A stretch of 64,000 nucleotides of DNA. It comes from a virus. Below are positions 52,109 through 62,961 of this stretch, in pieces. The notes beneath the pieces were generated by a model, which worked only from the letters and a program-made list of their open reading frames with translations, did not search any database and was not told the DNA's origin. The stretch lies in IMG/VR virus record IMGVR_UViG_3300045988_118131; one strand, written 5' to 3'. A program made the position numbers and the translations under genes. Every line of letters begins with the position of its first letter. The stretch's first letter is position 1.

Positions 52109-52139
52109 TTTGTAGAATCTAAAATTTTTATTAACTTTG
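52109..52139 (+). promoter_or_regulatory. Bacteroidota-type promoter TTTG-N19-TAacTTTG
   Basis: TTTG 52109-52112; TAacTTTG 52132-52139; upstream of RNR. Confidence 0.6.
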
Positions 52140-52170
52140 TATTTTATTAACTTTATAAACTGTAAAAATT

Positions 52171-54597
52171 ATGAATAATGCGTTAAATGAATTTATTTTT
52201 CAGTCAAAGTATTCTAGATATAACCCTTCTTTAGGTAGAAAGGAAACTTGGGAAGAGTCTGTGGATAGAATTTCTAATATGCATATCCAGCATTTAACTG
52301 AAAATTATCCACAAGCCTTAAATAATGCTGAATTTGCTAGTGATTACCTTGAAGCAATAGAAGCATATAAAGAAAAGAAGGTATTTGGTTCTCAGCGTGG
52401 TCTTCAATTTGGAGGTACTCCTATTTTAAGAAAGCATTGCAGATTATTTAATTGTAGTGCTACTTATGCTGATAGACTAGAAGTATTCAAACAGGCTGAA
52501 TGGGTTATGCTATGTGGTTGTGGAGTAGGTATATCTGTAGAAAAACAACATGTTGACAAGCTGCCATCCATGAATAATGTTCTTCGTTCTGATACTGAAG
52601 ATTGGATAATTCCAGATACAATAGAAGGTTGGGCATTAGCAATTCAACAAATTATTAATTATTACTTCGTTGCAGGCACTAAATATCCAAAATTTGACTA
52701 TTCTCAAATTAGACCTAAGGGCGCGTTAATTACTGGAGGATTTGTAGCTCCTGGACCTAAAGGGCTAAGGAAAACTATTCAGAAAATAGATGAATTGTTA
52801 AAGCAAGTCCATAAAACTACAAAGAAATTGTCCCCTCTTAATGTAGCTGATATTCTATGTTTTGAAGCTGATTCTGTACTATCTGGAGGTTTAAGACGAA
52901 GTGCTATGATTATTTTATTTGATCCAGATGATCAAGAAATGACTCAGGCTAAGACTGGAAACTGGTTTATTGAAAATCCTCAAAGGGGAAGGTTTAATGC
53001 GTCGGCTGTTTTGCAAAGAGGCGAGACTAATAAAGATGTCTTTATGTCTTTGTTTAATTCTACCAGACAGTTTGGAGAACCAGGATTTCTCTGGAGATCT
53101 AACAAAGGATTGGTAGTTAATCCATGTTGTGAAATAGGGATGTACCCTGTAGACCCTACTACAGGACAAACTGGATGGCAGTTCTGTAATCTAATTTCAA
53201 TATCTGGAAAGGATGTCCATACAGAGGAAGAGTTTTATAATATATGCAAACATGCGGCAACTATTGGGACTATACAAGCATCATATATGAGTTTCCCATT
53301 TCTGGGAGAAGCAACTGAAAACATTATTAAAAATGATCCTTTAATCGGAGTCTCTATTGCCGGAGTTATGTGCTCTCCTAATATTCTTTTAAATGGTAAT
53401 GTTCTAGAAAAAGGGGCTGAAATAGTTAAACAGCAAAATGCTAAAATAGCTGAAGTACTGAATATAAAACCTTCATCCAGATGTACATGTATAAAGCCAG
53501 ACGGAAATACAAGTGCTATGTCTGGTAATACTCCAGGGTGTCATGGGGACCATGCTAGACATTATATAAGAAGAGTACAAGTTAATAAAGACGAGGAAGC
53601 TGGACAAATTTATCAAAAAGCAAATCCTAAAGCTGTACTGGAATCTGTCTGGTCTAACAATAGAACCGACAACTGTATTATGTTTGCTATTAGTGCAGAA
53701 CCTAATGCTTTAACCAAAAAGGATTTACTTGGAATAAAACAACTTGCAGTTGTTAAAGAACTCCAAAATCATTGGGTAAGGGCTGGTAAAGTAAATCCAA
53801 ATGATACTATTGAAAACAATGTGTCTAATACTGTCAATGTTCCGGAAGATCAGTGGGAAGAAGTGTCGGAATATGTATGGGAAAACCAGAATGATTTAGC
53901 AGGAGTTTCTTTCATTGCCGAAACTGGAGATCTAGATTATGTTCAGCCTGCATATTCAGAAGTATTAATGCCTCAGGAACTTTTGGATAGATACGGAGAA
54001 GGCGTTATATTTGCAAGCGGACTTATTGTAGATTCTATTGATATATTTGGAGACTTATGGAATGCCTGCGAAACATTTAGAGGTAGAGGAGAGTCTATTT
54101 TCACTTCATTAAAGGATGCAGAGGAGTTTATAGAGGAGTTTACCATTGCCAAGATAGAGGACTATCTAGACAAGCCATTAAAAGAGTGGAACGAGGTTAA
54201 AGCTAAACAATATAGCAGATGGATTGATTTGCTTGTCCAAATTGGATATTCAGAAGAATTTGCAGAACAATTAGTTGATAATGATGTTCCAATTCCAACT
54301 ACTGAAATTCAAAAATATTTGGATAAACAATTGTTTGGAAGAGTGCCTAATTTGGCAGCCAAGAGAGACTTAATCAGACGAATGAAGAAGTACTCTGATA
54401 AATATTATGAAGGAAATGATACTCTTATGATTAATGCCTTGAAACACGTCCAGTTGTATCATGATTGGTGTGATATTACTAAATCATATAAGCCAATTGA
54501 CTGGAAAGAAGTTAAATGGAAAAATGTATTAATTGAAGCTGATACTACAGGGGCAGTAGCCTGCAATGGTGGAGCTTGTGAAGTAACTAGAATTTAA
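52171..54597 (+). CDS. nrdJ: class II (adenosylcobalamin-dependent) ribonucleotide reductase, monomeric RTPR-like
   Basis: N-terminal FIFQSKYSRY..RKETWEESVDR, active-site NPCCEI, C-terminal Cys pair CNGGACE; 808 aa. Confidence 0.65.
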   Translation: MNNALNEFIFQSKYSRYNPSLGRKETWEESVDRISNMHIQHLTENYPQALNNAEFASDYLEAIEAYKEKKVFGSQRGLQFGGTPILRKHCRLFNCSATYADRLEVFKQAEWVMLCGCGVGISVEKQHVDKLPSMNNVLRSDTEDWIIPDTIEGWALAIQQIINYYFVAGTKYPKFDYSQIRPKGALITGGFVAPGPKGLRKTIQKIDELLKQVHKTTKKLSPLNVADILCFEADSVLSGGLRRSAMIILFDPDDQEMTQAKTGNWFIENPQRGRFNASAVLQRGETNKDVFMSLFNSTRQFGEPGFLWRSNKGLVVNPCCEIGMYPVDPTTGQTGWQFCNLISISGKDVHTEEEFYNICKHAATIGTIQASYMSFPFLGEATENIIKNDPLIGVSIAGVMCSPNILLNGNVLEKGAEIVKQQNAKIAEVLNIKPSSRCTCIKPDGNTSAMSGNTPGCHGDHARHYIRRVQVNKDEEAGQIYQKANPKAVLESVWSNNRTDNCIMFAISAEPNALTKKDLLGIKQLAVVKELQNHWVRAGKVNPNDTIENNVSNTVNVPEDQWEEVSEYVWENQNDLAGVSFIAETGDLDYVQPAYSEVLMPQELLDRYGEGVIFASGLIVDSIDIFGDLWNACETFRGRGESIFTSLKDAEEFIEEFTIAKIEDYLDKPLKEWNEVKAKQYSRWIDLLVQIGYSEEFAEQLVDNDVPIPTTEIQKYLDKQLFGRVPNLAAKRDLIRRMKKYSDKYYEGNDTLMINALKHVQLYHDWCDITKSYKPIDWKEVKWKNVLIEADTTGAVACNGGACEVTRI

Positions 54598-54598
54598 C

Positions 54599-56002
54599 AT
54601 GTTTGATTTCAACCTGAAGCCAAAAGTTCAGAAAGTAAATTTCGGAGAGGAACAGCTACGAGCGCTGTCCCTCTTAGAAGAATTTACAAAAAGTGACCAG
54701 ACCACTACCACACTATCTGGTAGTGCTGGCACTGGAAAAACTTCTTTGGTAATAGAGTATTTAGATTATTTAGATGATAAAGGAATACCGTATATTCTTG
54801 CAGCTCCAACACATAAAGCTAAGCTAGTGCTAGAGGCACTTACTGGTCAAGGAGCATTTACAGTACATCAATTATTATCTCTACAACCTAATCTTGATAT
54901 ATTTGAGTTAGATTTTAGAGAATTGGATTTCTTTTCTAATTCTGACGCATACAATCACCCAAATCAAATCCCATATAAAGGAGTTATTATTATAGACGAA
55001 GCATCCATGATAAACGACGATTTGTTTGAGTTTATTATAGATTGTGCTAGAAAGAGTGAGTCTAAAGTTGTGTGGGTAGGAGATGAAAAGCAGCTTCAGC
55101 CTGTAAAGAGCGATAAATTATCCAAGGTGTTTTCTTTAGATAATAAGATACTATTAACCAAAATATATCGACAGAAAGAAGACTCTCCTGTGCTTGATGT
55201 ATTATCAGAGTTACGAGAACATTCTCTTAATAACTTTGAACCATGTAAAGGGACAGAGGATTCTATATATACATTTAATAATGCTATGGATTTTATGAGG
55301 TCTTCCAAAGACATTTTAAGAGAAACTGTAGCAACTGGAAACGTATTAAATGCAAAAATATTAGCTTTTACTAATGCGAGGGTTAAAGCTCTTAACCAGG
55401 CTTCAAGGAAACTTATATTTGGAGAAAACTTTAAAAATGAGTTTAATCTAGGAGAAATAATAACTGGATATGACAATTTTCAATATGATTCAGTCCAGTT
55501 TTATAATTCTTTGGATTATATTATTAGAAATAATCCCATTAAAGAGAAAAAAATACTCCCATATCTAACTAAGCCTTTAAATGGCTTCACTTTAAGTTTA
55601 TATGATACTGTATATAAAAATGTAAATAAAGTATTTGTATTATCTAGGGATAATGATCCAAACGATATTATTAATCTAGCCAAATTGTTAGAGCAAACTC
55701 GACAACATGCAGTATTATTGAAAAAATCTGGTAAATCATCTAACTTAATGTGGGGCAAATATTACACTCTAATGGGAAGTTTTGCTACTACCTTTGATTT
55801 GTTCTGTGATAACAGAGTTATTAAAAAGAAGACCTTTGATTATGGGTACGCCTTGACGGTACATAAGAGTCAGGGTTCATCATTCAACACTGTATTTGTA
55901 GATATTGCTAATATTAACGCGTGTTCAGATGAAGAAGTATTGCGACAATTGCAATATGTAGCTATTTCCAGAACTAAAGGCGATGTTTATTTACTAGTAT
56001 GA
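54599..56002 (+). CDS. SF1 helicase (Dda/RecD-like)
   Basis: GSAGTGKT, IIIDEASMI, TVHKSQGSSF. Confidence 0.8.
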   Translation: MFDFNLKPKVQKVNFGEEQLRALSLLEEFTKSDQTTTTLSGSAGTGKTSLVIEYLDYLDDKGIPYILAAPTHKAKLVLEALTGQGAFTVHQLLSLQPNLDIFELDFRELDFFSNSDAYNHPNQIPYKGVIIIDEASMINDDLFEFIIDCARKSESKVVWVGDEKQLQPVKSDKLSKVFSLDNKILLTKIYRQKEDSPVLDVLSELREHSLNNFEPCKGTEDSIYTFNNAMDFMRSSKDILRETVATGNVLNAKILAFTNARVKALNQASRKLIFGENFKNEFNLGEIITGYDNFQYDSVQFYNSLDYIIRNNPIKEKKILPYLTKPLNGFTLSLYDTVYKNVNKVFVLSRDNDPNDIINLAKLLEQTRQHAVLLKKSGKSSNLMWGKYYTLMGSFATTFDLFCDNRVIKKKTFDYGYALTVHKSQGSSFNTVFVDIANINACSDEEVLRQLQYVAISRTKGDVYLLV

Positions 56003-56292
56003 TACTTAAATTTATATACTCCGACCCCACTCAAAAAGATGTTTTTGAGCAACTTAAAAACCTACATAAGGATATAACCTGTGTAGGATACGATTATAAC
56101 CATTTTAAAGAGAAGAAAGATGCTTTTAAGGTAATGAATTTCTGCGGTACTAAACTAGTTCCATTTTGTGCCATCTATAATGACAAAAAGGAAGTAGTTA
56201 AAGCATTTTATTCAGAAGTTTCTGAATGTACGTTTAACAACATTAATAATTATTTAAATGATAAATTCTATTATAATTCAGCCAGTAATTAA
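55999..56292 (+). CDS. hypothetical protein (97 aa)
   Basis: ATG ORF from track. Confidence 0.55.
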   Translation: MILKFIYSDPTQKDVFEQLKNLHKDITCVGYDYNHFKEKKDAFKVMNFCGTKLVPFCAIYNDKKEVVKAFYSEVSECTFNNINNYLNDKFYYNSASN

Positions 56293-56473
56293 ATTGGATA
56301 CCTATCCTTGTTTAAAATCGTATAATAAAATTATAGTACTATTCACAGATAACAATACAGGAACTTGCGTACATAGCGATGATCCAGATGTATGTGTTGG
56401 AGCATATTCAGACGACTGGAGAGAATCTGAATTTATATCGTTTAATGGAAAAATTATATTAAAAAATGAATAA
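56258..56473 (+). CDS. hypothetical protein (71 aa)
   Basis: ATG ORF from track. Confidence 0.45.
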   Translation: MINSIIIQPVIKLDTYPCLKSYNKIIVLFTDNNTGTCVHSDDPDVCVGAYSDDWRESEFISFNGKIILKNE

Positions 56474-57182
56474 AGTACTTATACTTCCCGATATTCATGG
56501 GAGAACATTTTGGAAATACGCTTTAGAGCATATTGATGAATTTGATAAAGTAATCTTTCTTGGAGATTATCTTGATCCTTATCCACATGAGGAAATTACT
56601 TTTGATGAATCTGTAGAAAATTTTAAAGAAATTCTAGAATTTAAAAAGAATAATATAGACAAAGTTGAATTACTTATAGGTAATCACGATTGTCATTATA
56701 TCTGGTTAGATTTTATGGATTGTAGTCGCCTAAATAGGTCTAGGAGAAAGGAAATGAATAAACTCTATAATGATAATTATGAGTTATTCAGGATAGCTTA
56801 TCTACTTAATGATAAATATTTATTCTCTCATGCTGGAGTATATAAAGAATGGCTAGCAGCAAACTCTATAGAATTAAATGATTTTCTTGATAAGCCTATT
56901 TCATTTTGGAATGGGACTTACAATACATTTCTAGAGGACCTCAGCTATTACCGAGGAGGAAATAATCTAGCAGGAAGTATAGTGTGGGCTGATATAAGGG
57001 AGTCTCTAACTCAATCTCTTTTAGATGGTTATTATCAAATAGTTGGGCATACCCAAATGGAAGAGTTTCCATATCTTACTAATTCTATAGCCTGTCTGGA
57101 TGTTAGGAGACCTTTTGTGTTAGATTTAGATAAAGAAATTATTACAAATATTAACGGAATAGAATATAAGATATATGATTAA
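56466..57182 (+). CDS. metallophosphatase (lambda-phosphatase/calcineurin fold)
   Basis: LPDIHGR, GDYLDPY, GNHD, SHAG, VGHT. Confidence 0.75.
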   Translation: MNKVLILPDIHGRTFWKYALEHIDEFDKVIFLGDYLDPYPHEEITFDESVENFKEILEFKKNNIDKVELLIGNHDCHYIWLDFMDCSRLNRSRRKEMNKLYNDNYELFRIAYLLNDKYLFSHAGVYKEWLAANSIELNDFLDKPISFWNGTYNTFLEDLSYYRGGNNLAGSIVWADIRESLTQSLLDGYYQIVGHTQMEEFPYLTNSIACLDVRRPFVLDLDKEIITNINGIEYKIYD

Positions 57183-57426
57183 ATGTACACCCAAGCCAGT
57201 AAAAAGAGGAGCTATTCAGTTTGGACCTCACAGTCTTGCAGAAATAATTGACATTATAGGACCTAATAATATAGACGATCATATGGGTCAATCCTTAGTA
57301 AATACTAGAAGACATGGATGGCAAAACGTTAATTATGGAGACTACTTGGTATTCGATGAAAATAATAGATTGTTAAAAGTACTAAGAGCAGATGATTTTA
57401 AAAATAATTACTTAATACAAGAATAA
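57175..57426 (+). CDS. hypothetical protein (83 aa)
   Basis: ATG ORF from track. Confidence 0.55.
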   Translation: MIKCTPKPVKRGAIQFGPHSLAEIIDIIGPNNIDDHMGQSLVNTRRHGWQNVNYGDYLVFDENNRLLKVLRADDFKNNYLIQE

Positions 57427-57427
57427 T

Positions 57428-57970
57428 ATGAAAAAGGTTCCAGTTTACGTTTACAATCAATCTAGTAATAAACTTCCGGCTTACGAAACAACATTAGCAG
57501 CAGGAATGGATGTAAGAGCAGATTTTTCTAGAATTACAGAAACTAATTTATTGAAAACAAAAGGTGAATGTGAGTTCATCTTTGAAGCAGGTGTAGAAGA
57601 TATGGAACACGATCATCCAGCTATGCTAAAATTAGGAGCTGGGTCTAGAGCTCTAATTCCCACTGGTTTGTTTGTAGCTATACCTGAGGGTTTTGAAATT
57701 CAGGTAAGACCTAGAAGTGGCTGGGCGATTAAACATGGTATTACTGTATTAAATACTCCAGGCACAGTTGATGCTGATTACAGAAATGAGATTGGAGTTA
57801 TTTTGATTAATAACGGTCTTGAACCTGTGTGGATAGAAGACGGAGAACGTATTGCTCAGTTAGTATTAAATGTAGTTCCTCAGATTGAATGGGTTCCAGT
57901 AGATGATAAAGACAAATTAGGAAAAACAGACCGTACTGGAGGTTTTGGCTCCACAAATACTAGAAAATAA
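57428..57970 (+). CDS. dut: dUTP diphosphatase (trimeric dUTPase)
   Basis: AAGMDVRA, IPTGL, VRPRSG, GTVDADYRNEIGVIL, GERIAQL, RTGGFGSTN. Confidence 0.85.
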   Translation: MKKVPVYVYNQSSNKLPAYETTLAAGMDVRADFSRITETNLLKTKGECEFIFEAGVEDMEHDHPAMLKLGAGSRALIPTGLFVAIPEGFEIQVRPRSGWAIKHGITVLNTPGTVDADYRNEIGVILINNGLEPVWIEDGERIAQLVLNVVPQIEWVPVDDKDKLGKTDRTGGFGSTNTRK

Positions 57971-58389
57971 TGAACACAGTTGTATTCTCAGAAGTTAAGG
58001 CAGCTTGTTTAGCAGTATCTACATTAAGCACTCAATTAGAAGAGATAATAAAAAATAAGTTAAAAGAAGTATTAGGTAAATACTATAAAGATTCAGAACG
58101 AAGTTACTTCGTTAGAGGAGTAAATACAAAACAATACACATTGTTATTGGAATGTGTATATAACAATCACTTTAGAGGAAGGATTGTATATAATGAGCAC
58201 TACGAGGAAATGTCCCTAGAAAGTTTCTTCACTAATGCTAATCTTACTGAGTCTACAGCAATGGAGCATATAATAGCTAAAAAAGCCTCTTTTAAAAATA
58301 TTGGAACGTATTATAATATGGAACTTATCGACCTTAACATAGAGGACTTTTTTAATAAACATAATATCTCAGACTACATTTTGGTATGA
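57970..58389 (+). CDS. hypothetical protein (139 aa)
   Basis: ATG ORF from track. Confidence 0.6.
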   Translation: MNTVVFSEVKAACLAVSTLSTQLEEIIKNKLKEVLGKYYKDSERSYFVRGVNTKQYTLLLECVYNNHFRGRIVYNEHYEEMSLESFFTNANLTESTAMEHIIAKKASFKNIGTYYNMELIDLNIEDFFNKHNISDYILV

Positions 58390-58619
58390 TTAGGAAAAAC
58401 CCGAAAGAAACAAGCCCAAAGGAGCCTATCAAAACTGTACCTGTTTTAGAAATAGAAGATATAGAGTATGTAGAAATAGAAAGCAATTTATATGCTTATG
58501 TTGCGTATAACGCAAATGGACCACTATATATTTCTACTAATATTGAGTCTATAAAAGAATACTCTAAGAGAACTAAAGCTAAAGATGTTAAGTATAAGAA
58601 AATTAAATTTAAACTATGA
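58386..58619 (+). CDS. hypothetical protein (77 aa)
   Basis: ATG ORF from track. Confidence 0.5.
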   Translation: MIRKNPKETSPKEPIKTVPVLEIEDIEYVEIESNLYAYVAYNANGPLYISTNIESIKEYSKRTKAKDVKYKKIKFKL

Positions 58620-59821
58620 ACCAAGACTATTTAATATCTAAGGATAGTAAAGGAAAAATAAGAGTAGTAAACATATCTTATGATTGGGATAAAGACTTAA
58701 ATGGATATGTTATTAGAAGATTTACAAGTCAGTATGGAGGAAAGATTACTACTCAACCTATAATTCTTGTAGATAAAGGTAAAGGAATTGGAAAAGCCAG
58801 AAGAACAGTATCAGAACAAGCTAAATTAGAGTACGATTCTAGGGTAAATAAATATATGGATAAGGGATATAAAAAACTCCCTAAATCCATAGATTTGTAT
58901 ACAAAGGAGGAGTTAGACGCTTTGTTACCGGAAGAAACTACTGACTCTGAGGGAAACTTAAAACCTATGCTAGCAAAGGACTTTCACGATGTAGCTACAT
59001 CTGTCTTAGAAAAACAATGGTGGTATGCTAGTAGAAAAATTGACGGAGTTAGGTGTTTAATGTTTGTAAAAGACGGAGAAATACATACTTCTTCAAGAGG
59101 AGGTAAAAATTATGATGCCTCAACATATCATATTACTTGTAATCCTGAACTTAAGAGATTTATGTTGGATAATCCGACACTCATTTTAGATGGTGAATTA
59201 TATATTCACGGATATTCTTTACAGACATTAAGTGGATTAGCTAGACTAAAGAAGGAAACAGACAAATGTGACGAGCTTCAATATTATATATATGATATAG
59301 TAGATACTAGTAAAACATTTGAAGAGCGTCTTGAGGTTCTTGACCATATAAAGGATGAACTCCAACTTGATTTTGATCCTAATAAAACATTTGAAAATGG
59401 AGATTTACAAATTCAAATGGTTCCTCATATTAAAGTAGAAGGCTGGGTTCAAATAAAGAAAATTCATGATTCCTATGTAAAAGAAGGATTTGAAGGAGCA
59501 GTTATAAGACGTCCGGACAAAAAGTATGGAGTCAATAAACGAACCAATGATATGGTTAAGGTAAAAGAGTATCAAGATGGAGAATTTAAAATTATTGGAT
59601 TCTCTGAAGGGCTCAGACCAGAAGATATGGTATTCGTCTGTGTAACTGAAGATGGAAAAGAGTTTGAAGCAAAGCCTATTGGTCCTAGAGAGTTGAAGCA
59701 TGAATATTTAGAAAGAATGAGTGAGATTGTTGGTAAAATGGCAACTGTAAAATACTTCAGTTTTTCTGACGGAGGAACTCCGACACAACCAGTACTAAAA
59801 TGTATAAGGGATTATGAGTAA
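58616..59821 (+). CDS. ATP-dependent DNA ligase
   Basis: Motif I SRKIDGVR, LDGEL, EGAVIRRPD, VKVK. Confidence 0.8.
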   Translation: MNQDYLISKDSKGKIRVVNISYDWDKDLNGYVIRRFTSQYGGKITTQPIILVDKGKGIGKARRTVSEQAKLEYDSRVNKYMDKGYKKLPKSIDLYTKEELDALLPEETTDSEGNLKPMLAKDFHDVATSVLEKQWWYASRKIDGVRCLMFVKDGEIHTSSRGGKNYDASTYHITCNPELKRFMLDNPTLILDGELYIHGYSLQTLSGLARLKKETDKCDELQYYIYDIVDTSKTFEERLEVLDHIKDELQLDFDPNKTFENGDLQIQMVPHIKVEGWVQIKKIHDSYVKEGFEGAVIRRPDKKYGVNKRTNDMVKVKEYQDGEFKIIGFSEGLRPEDMVFVCVTEDGKEFEAKPIGPRELKHEYLERMSEIVGKMATVKYFSFSDGGTPTQPVLKCIRDYE

Positions 59822-59999
59822 AATAAAATGTGCTATTGATGTATCAAACAAGTTAGCTGAATATGTAGTCACAGCTACTGATAAATGCCTTAAGCTTGAT
59901 GAACAAGAGTACATGCATGACAGTTTGTTTGAAAAGTTATTTGAAATATTCAGGAATTACGATAGTAAGACTTTAGAAACACTTAATAAAAATTTATAA
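59814..59999 (+). CDS. hypothetical protein (61 aa)
   Basis: ATG ORF from track. Confidence 0.45.
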   Translation: MSKIKCAIDVSNKLAEYVVTATDKCLKLDEQEYMHDSLFEKLFEIFRNYDSKTLETLNKNL

Positions 60000-60259
60000 T
60001 GGACAGTTTAGTTGGAAAATATTTTGACTTCGGTCAAGCTCTGGAATTTCTCAAGCAAGGTATTTCAGTGACCAATGAGTTATACAATGACAAATTTAGG
60101 TTCGAACTAATAGATGGAATTGTATATCTCACGAATTATGTTAGTGAATTTGGAAATGAATTTTTTGATGTTGATGGAGAACATGCTTATTTAGAAGAAT
60201 TAGATTCAATAAGTATGGAGGACATCATGAATGAACGTTGGTATATTTATGAATCTTAA
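59999..60259 (+). CDS. hypothetical protein (86 aa)
   Basis: ATG ORF from track. Confidence 0.55.
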   Translation: MDSLVGKYFDFGQALEFLKQGISVTNELYNDKFRFELIDGIVYLTNYVSEFGNEFFDVDGEHAYLEELDSISMEDIMNERWYIYES

Positions 60260-60920
60260 GTTTAGAAAGTATAGTCATGGAGGAAGCTACTCTGAAGAGG
60301 AGTTGCTCCTTCCAGACAATACTACCTTGTCTACTATTAATATTATTTACGGTAGCTATAGAGTATATAAAGAGGGCGATATAGAAGAGTGGACTAAAGA
60401 TTATATTATAACGTGTGAGTTTTCTAAGGAAGTAAAAGCTCGTCTAGAGGAATCCTATGCAGAAATATTATTTTATACTGATAATACTATAGTTGCAATA
60501 TTGTCAGAAGTTCACATTACAAGTAATTTCGAAACAATTCCTTTAAGTAATTTGAATAATATTTTAGATGGGCTATTCTTCGAACTTCAAGAAGACAATG
60601 ACATAGAATTATCAAAGTTATACAGGGAGTGTGATATAGAAACATACGTTAAGGAAGCTAACACATACCTGAATATAGTTATGGAAATTCTTAGACCTAT
60701 GAAGTTTACTGAAAACGGTATATTAATGTCCAGAGTATGTTTCTATACATCATTCTATTTTGAGGACTTTCCTAGAATAGAAATAGATACCCTTCCATAT
60801 AAAGCTCTTAGAAGGCTTAAAATATCTAAAAAGGAAAACATAAAAGAAATTTATCAAAAGAGAGTAAACAAAATATATGACGAAGTTTCTCTAATTGATA
60901 GTTATACTCAAACAAATTAA
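60231..60920 (+). CDS. hypothetical protein (229 aa; alternative ATG at 60249)
   Basis: ATG ORF from track. Confidence 0.6.
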   Translation: MNVGIFMNLKFRKYSHGGSYSEEELLLPDNTTLSTINIIYGSYRVYKEGDIEEWTKDYIITCEFSKEVKARLEESYAEILFYTDNTIVAILSEVHITSNFETIPLSNLNNILDGLFFELQEDNDIELSKLYRECDIETYVKEANTYLNIVMEILRPMKFTENGILMSRVCFYTSFYFEDFPRIEIDTLPYKALRRLKISKKENIKEIYQKRVNKIYDEVSLIDSYTQTN

Positions 60921-60934
60921 AAATAATATAGAAA

Positions 60935-62296
60935 ATGAATATTTCAAGAAGCGACAAATTCAATCAAAATTATGCTTGTAAAATTGTTGAATTAAATGAG
61001 TTCAGACCCCATTGTAATCCAGAAGTGACTAGGTTAAAAGTCGCCAGAGTAGATGGATTTGACATTATAGTCGGAATTGATACGGAGAAAGGGCTATATA
61101 TTTATTTTCCTGTAGGATGCGCAATAGATCCAGAGTTTTTAAAATTAAATAATTTGTTTAGAGACAAAGATAAGAACTCTGACCCAGAAGCAAAACCTGG
61201 ATTCTTTGAAGATAATGGACGAGTAAAAGCAATTATGCTTAGAAAGGAGAAAAGTCAAGGATTTATTATTCCTATATCATCTTTAAATGGTTACATATCA
61301 AGCAGTTTAGAAATACAGAAAAGTGATATTGGAGTAGACTTCGACGTTATTGATGGTAAGCAAATTTGTAAGAAGTATATCGTTAAAATAGCAAGAACTC
61401 CTGGAGCTCCTGGAAGTGCTAAATCTAGAAAAGGTAAAACTCCAACTATTGACTTAGTGGAAGATCAGTTTAGATTCCATGTTGATACAATTCTCTTAAG
61501 AAAAGTTCCAAATGTAATTAAACCAGACTCTTTAATTAGTATTACTTCTAAATGGCATGGAACTAGTGGTATTTCAGCTAATTTGTTACAGAAAATTCCT
61601 ATTAAAGAAAATTTCTTTAAAAAGATTAGTAGAAAGTGGTTTACTAACAATCCTGAACCATATAAAGAAGAATATCGAGACTTATGTTCTTCTAGAACTG
61701 TAATTAAATGTCCTGGAGTGGGAGGCGGATATTATGGGGTAGATATTTGGAATATTGCTCATGAAGTTATTAAACCTCATCTATCAAAGGGTTTAACAGT
61801 ATATTACGAAATTGTAGGGTTTCTTCCAACTGGAGGATATATTCAGAAAGGGTATGATTATGGATATGTTCCTCCAAAATCAGGAGAATCTTTCGAGTAT
61901 GGAAAGCACTTCGGTATTAGAGTGTATCGCGTAACCTATACCAACGTGTCTGGCTCAGTCTTTGAATTTTCAGCTAGACAAGTACAACAATGGTGTGAGA
62001 GAAATTCATTAGATCCAGTGATTCAGTTATACTATGGATATGCTAAAGATTTATATCCTAGTCTAGATCCTGCTAATCATTGGAATGAGAACTTTATTGA
62101 GGCTCTAGCTAATGATAAAAGGTTCTATATGGAATTAGACAGCCCTGATTGTATTAACAATGTGCCACACGAAGGAATTGTAGTGCGAAACGAAACTTTA
62201 AACATTGATGTCTATAAACTCAAATGCTTTAGATTCTTGAAAAAGGAAGATGAAGCTATGGACAGGGGTGAGGTAGACATAGAAACTGAATCATAA
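60935..62296 (+). CDS. RNA ligase (Rnl2-like nucleotidyltransferase)
   Basis: Motif I TSKWHGTSG (KxHGT), YYEIVG, EGIVVR, YKLK; a distinct DNA ligase is already present at 58616. Confidence 0.6.
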   Translation: MNISRSDKFNQNYACKIVELNEFRPHCNPEVTRLKVARVDGFDIIVGIDTEKGLYIYFPVGCAIDPEFLKLNNLFRDKDKNSDPEAKPGFFEDNGRVKAIMLRKEKSQGFIIPISSLNGYISSSLEIQKSDIGVDFDVIDGKQICKKYIVKIARTPGAPGSAKSRKGKTPTIDLVEDQFRFHVDTILLRKVPNVIKPDSLISITSKWHGTSGISANLLQKIPIKENFFKKISRKWFTNNPEPYKEEYRDLCSSRTVIKCPGVGGGYYGVDIWNIAHEVIKPHLSKGLTVYYEIVGFLPTGGYIQKGYDYGYVPPKSGESFEYGKHFGIRVYRVTYTNVSGSVFEFSARQVQQWCERNSLDPVIQLYYGYAKDLYPSLDPANHWNENFIEALANDKRFYMELDSPDCINNVPHEGIVVRNETLNIDVYKLKCFRFLKKEDEAMDRGEVDIETES

Positions 62297-62297
62297 A

Positions 62298-62546
62298 GTG
62301 AAATTTAAGCTTGAGTATATAATGGAAGTGGATGATTTCGAACTGTTGGAATTAGTTAATGACTATCAAGAGCGTTGCGAGGTATCCACTTTCAATACAT
62401 TAGACGACATTCCAGAGGCTTTAATGATAGAAGCCTTATATGAAGCTAATTACATAGAAGATGAGATTAATGATTATATGATGGTAGAAGACATTAGTAT
62501 TTCTAAACTCGCTATTGAAGAGTTCAAAGGCGACGACAAAGAGTAG
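62298..62546 (+). CDS. acidic hypothetical protein (GTG start in track; first ATG at 62322)
   Basis: Track ORF. Confidence 0.45.
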   Translation: MKFKLEYIMEVDDFELLELVNDYQERCEVSTFNTLDDIPEALMIEALYEANYIEDEINDYMMVEDISISKLAIEEFKGDDKE

Positions 62547-62568
62547 GAAGAGTATAGAGGAGAAATTT

Positions 62569-62961
62569 ATGGAAAAGACAACTAAAAATTTGAATGATTT
62601 ATTATCGCAATTTCTATCACTCAGAAACGAAGTTTCCGAAATTGCAGATAAAACTGCTGATGCTGTATTTGATTCTGTTGAGTCTGGAGACATAACTAAA
62701 GAGGAAGCGCTAACCATACTGACAGATAATAAGCTATTACCTGTAGCAAATTGGATATGTCTTCCTGATTTTATGGATGACTATGATTATTTTAGTAGAT
62801 ATTCAACTATCTATTATATGGATTATATGTATCCACAGAATTTTGGGAATCATGAATATGCTAGTTGGTCTGAAATGTCTTACGAAGAAGGTATTAATGA
62901 ATTATATGACTTCGTTGAAGGGAATAGAGTAATTGGTTGTATATATGATTGGCGATTTTAA
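62569..62961 (+). CDS. hypothetical protein (130 aa)
   Basis: First ATG of track ORF 62515..62961. Confidence 0.55.
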   Translation: MEKTTKNLNDLLSQFLSLRNEVSEIADKTADAVFDSVESGDITKEEALTILTDNKLLPVANWICLPDFMDDYDYFSRYSTIYYMDYMYPQNFGNHEYASWSEMSYEEGINELYDFVEGNRVIGCIYDWRF

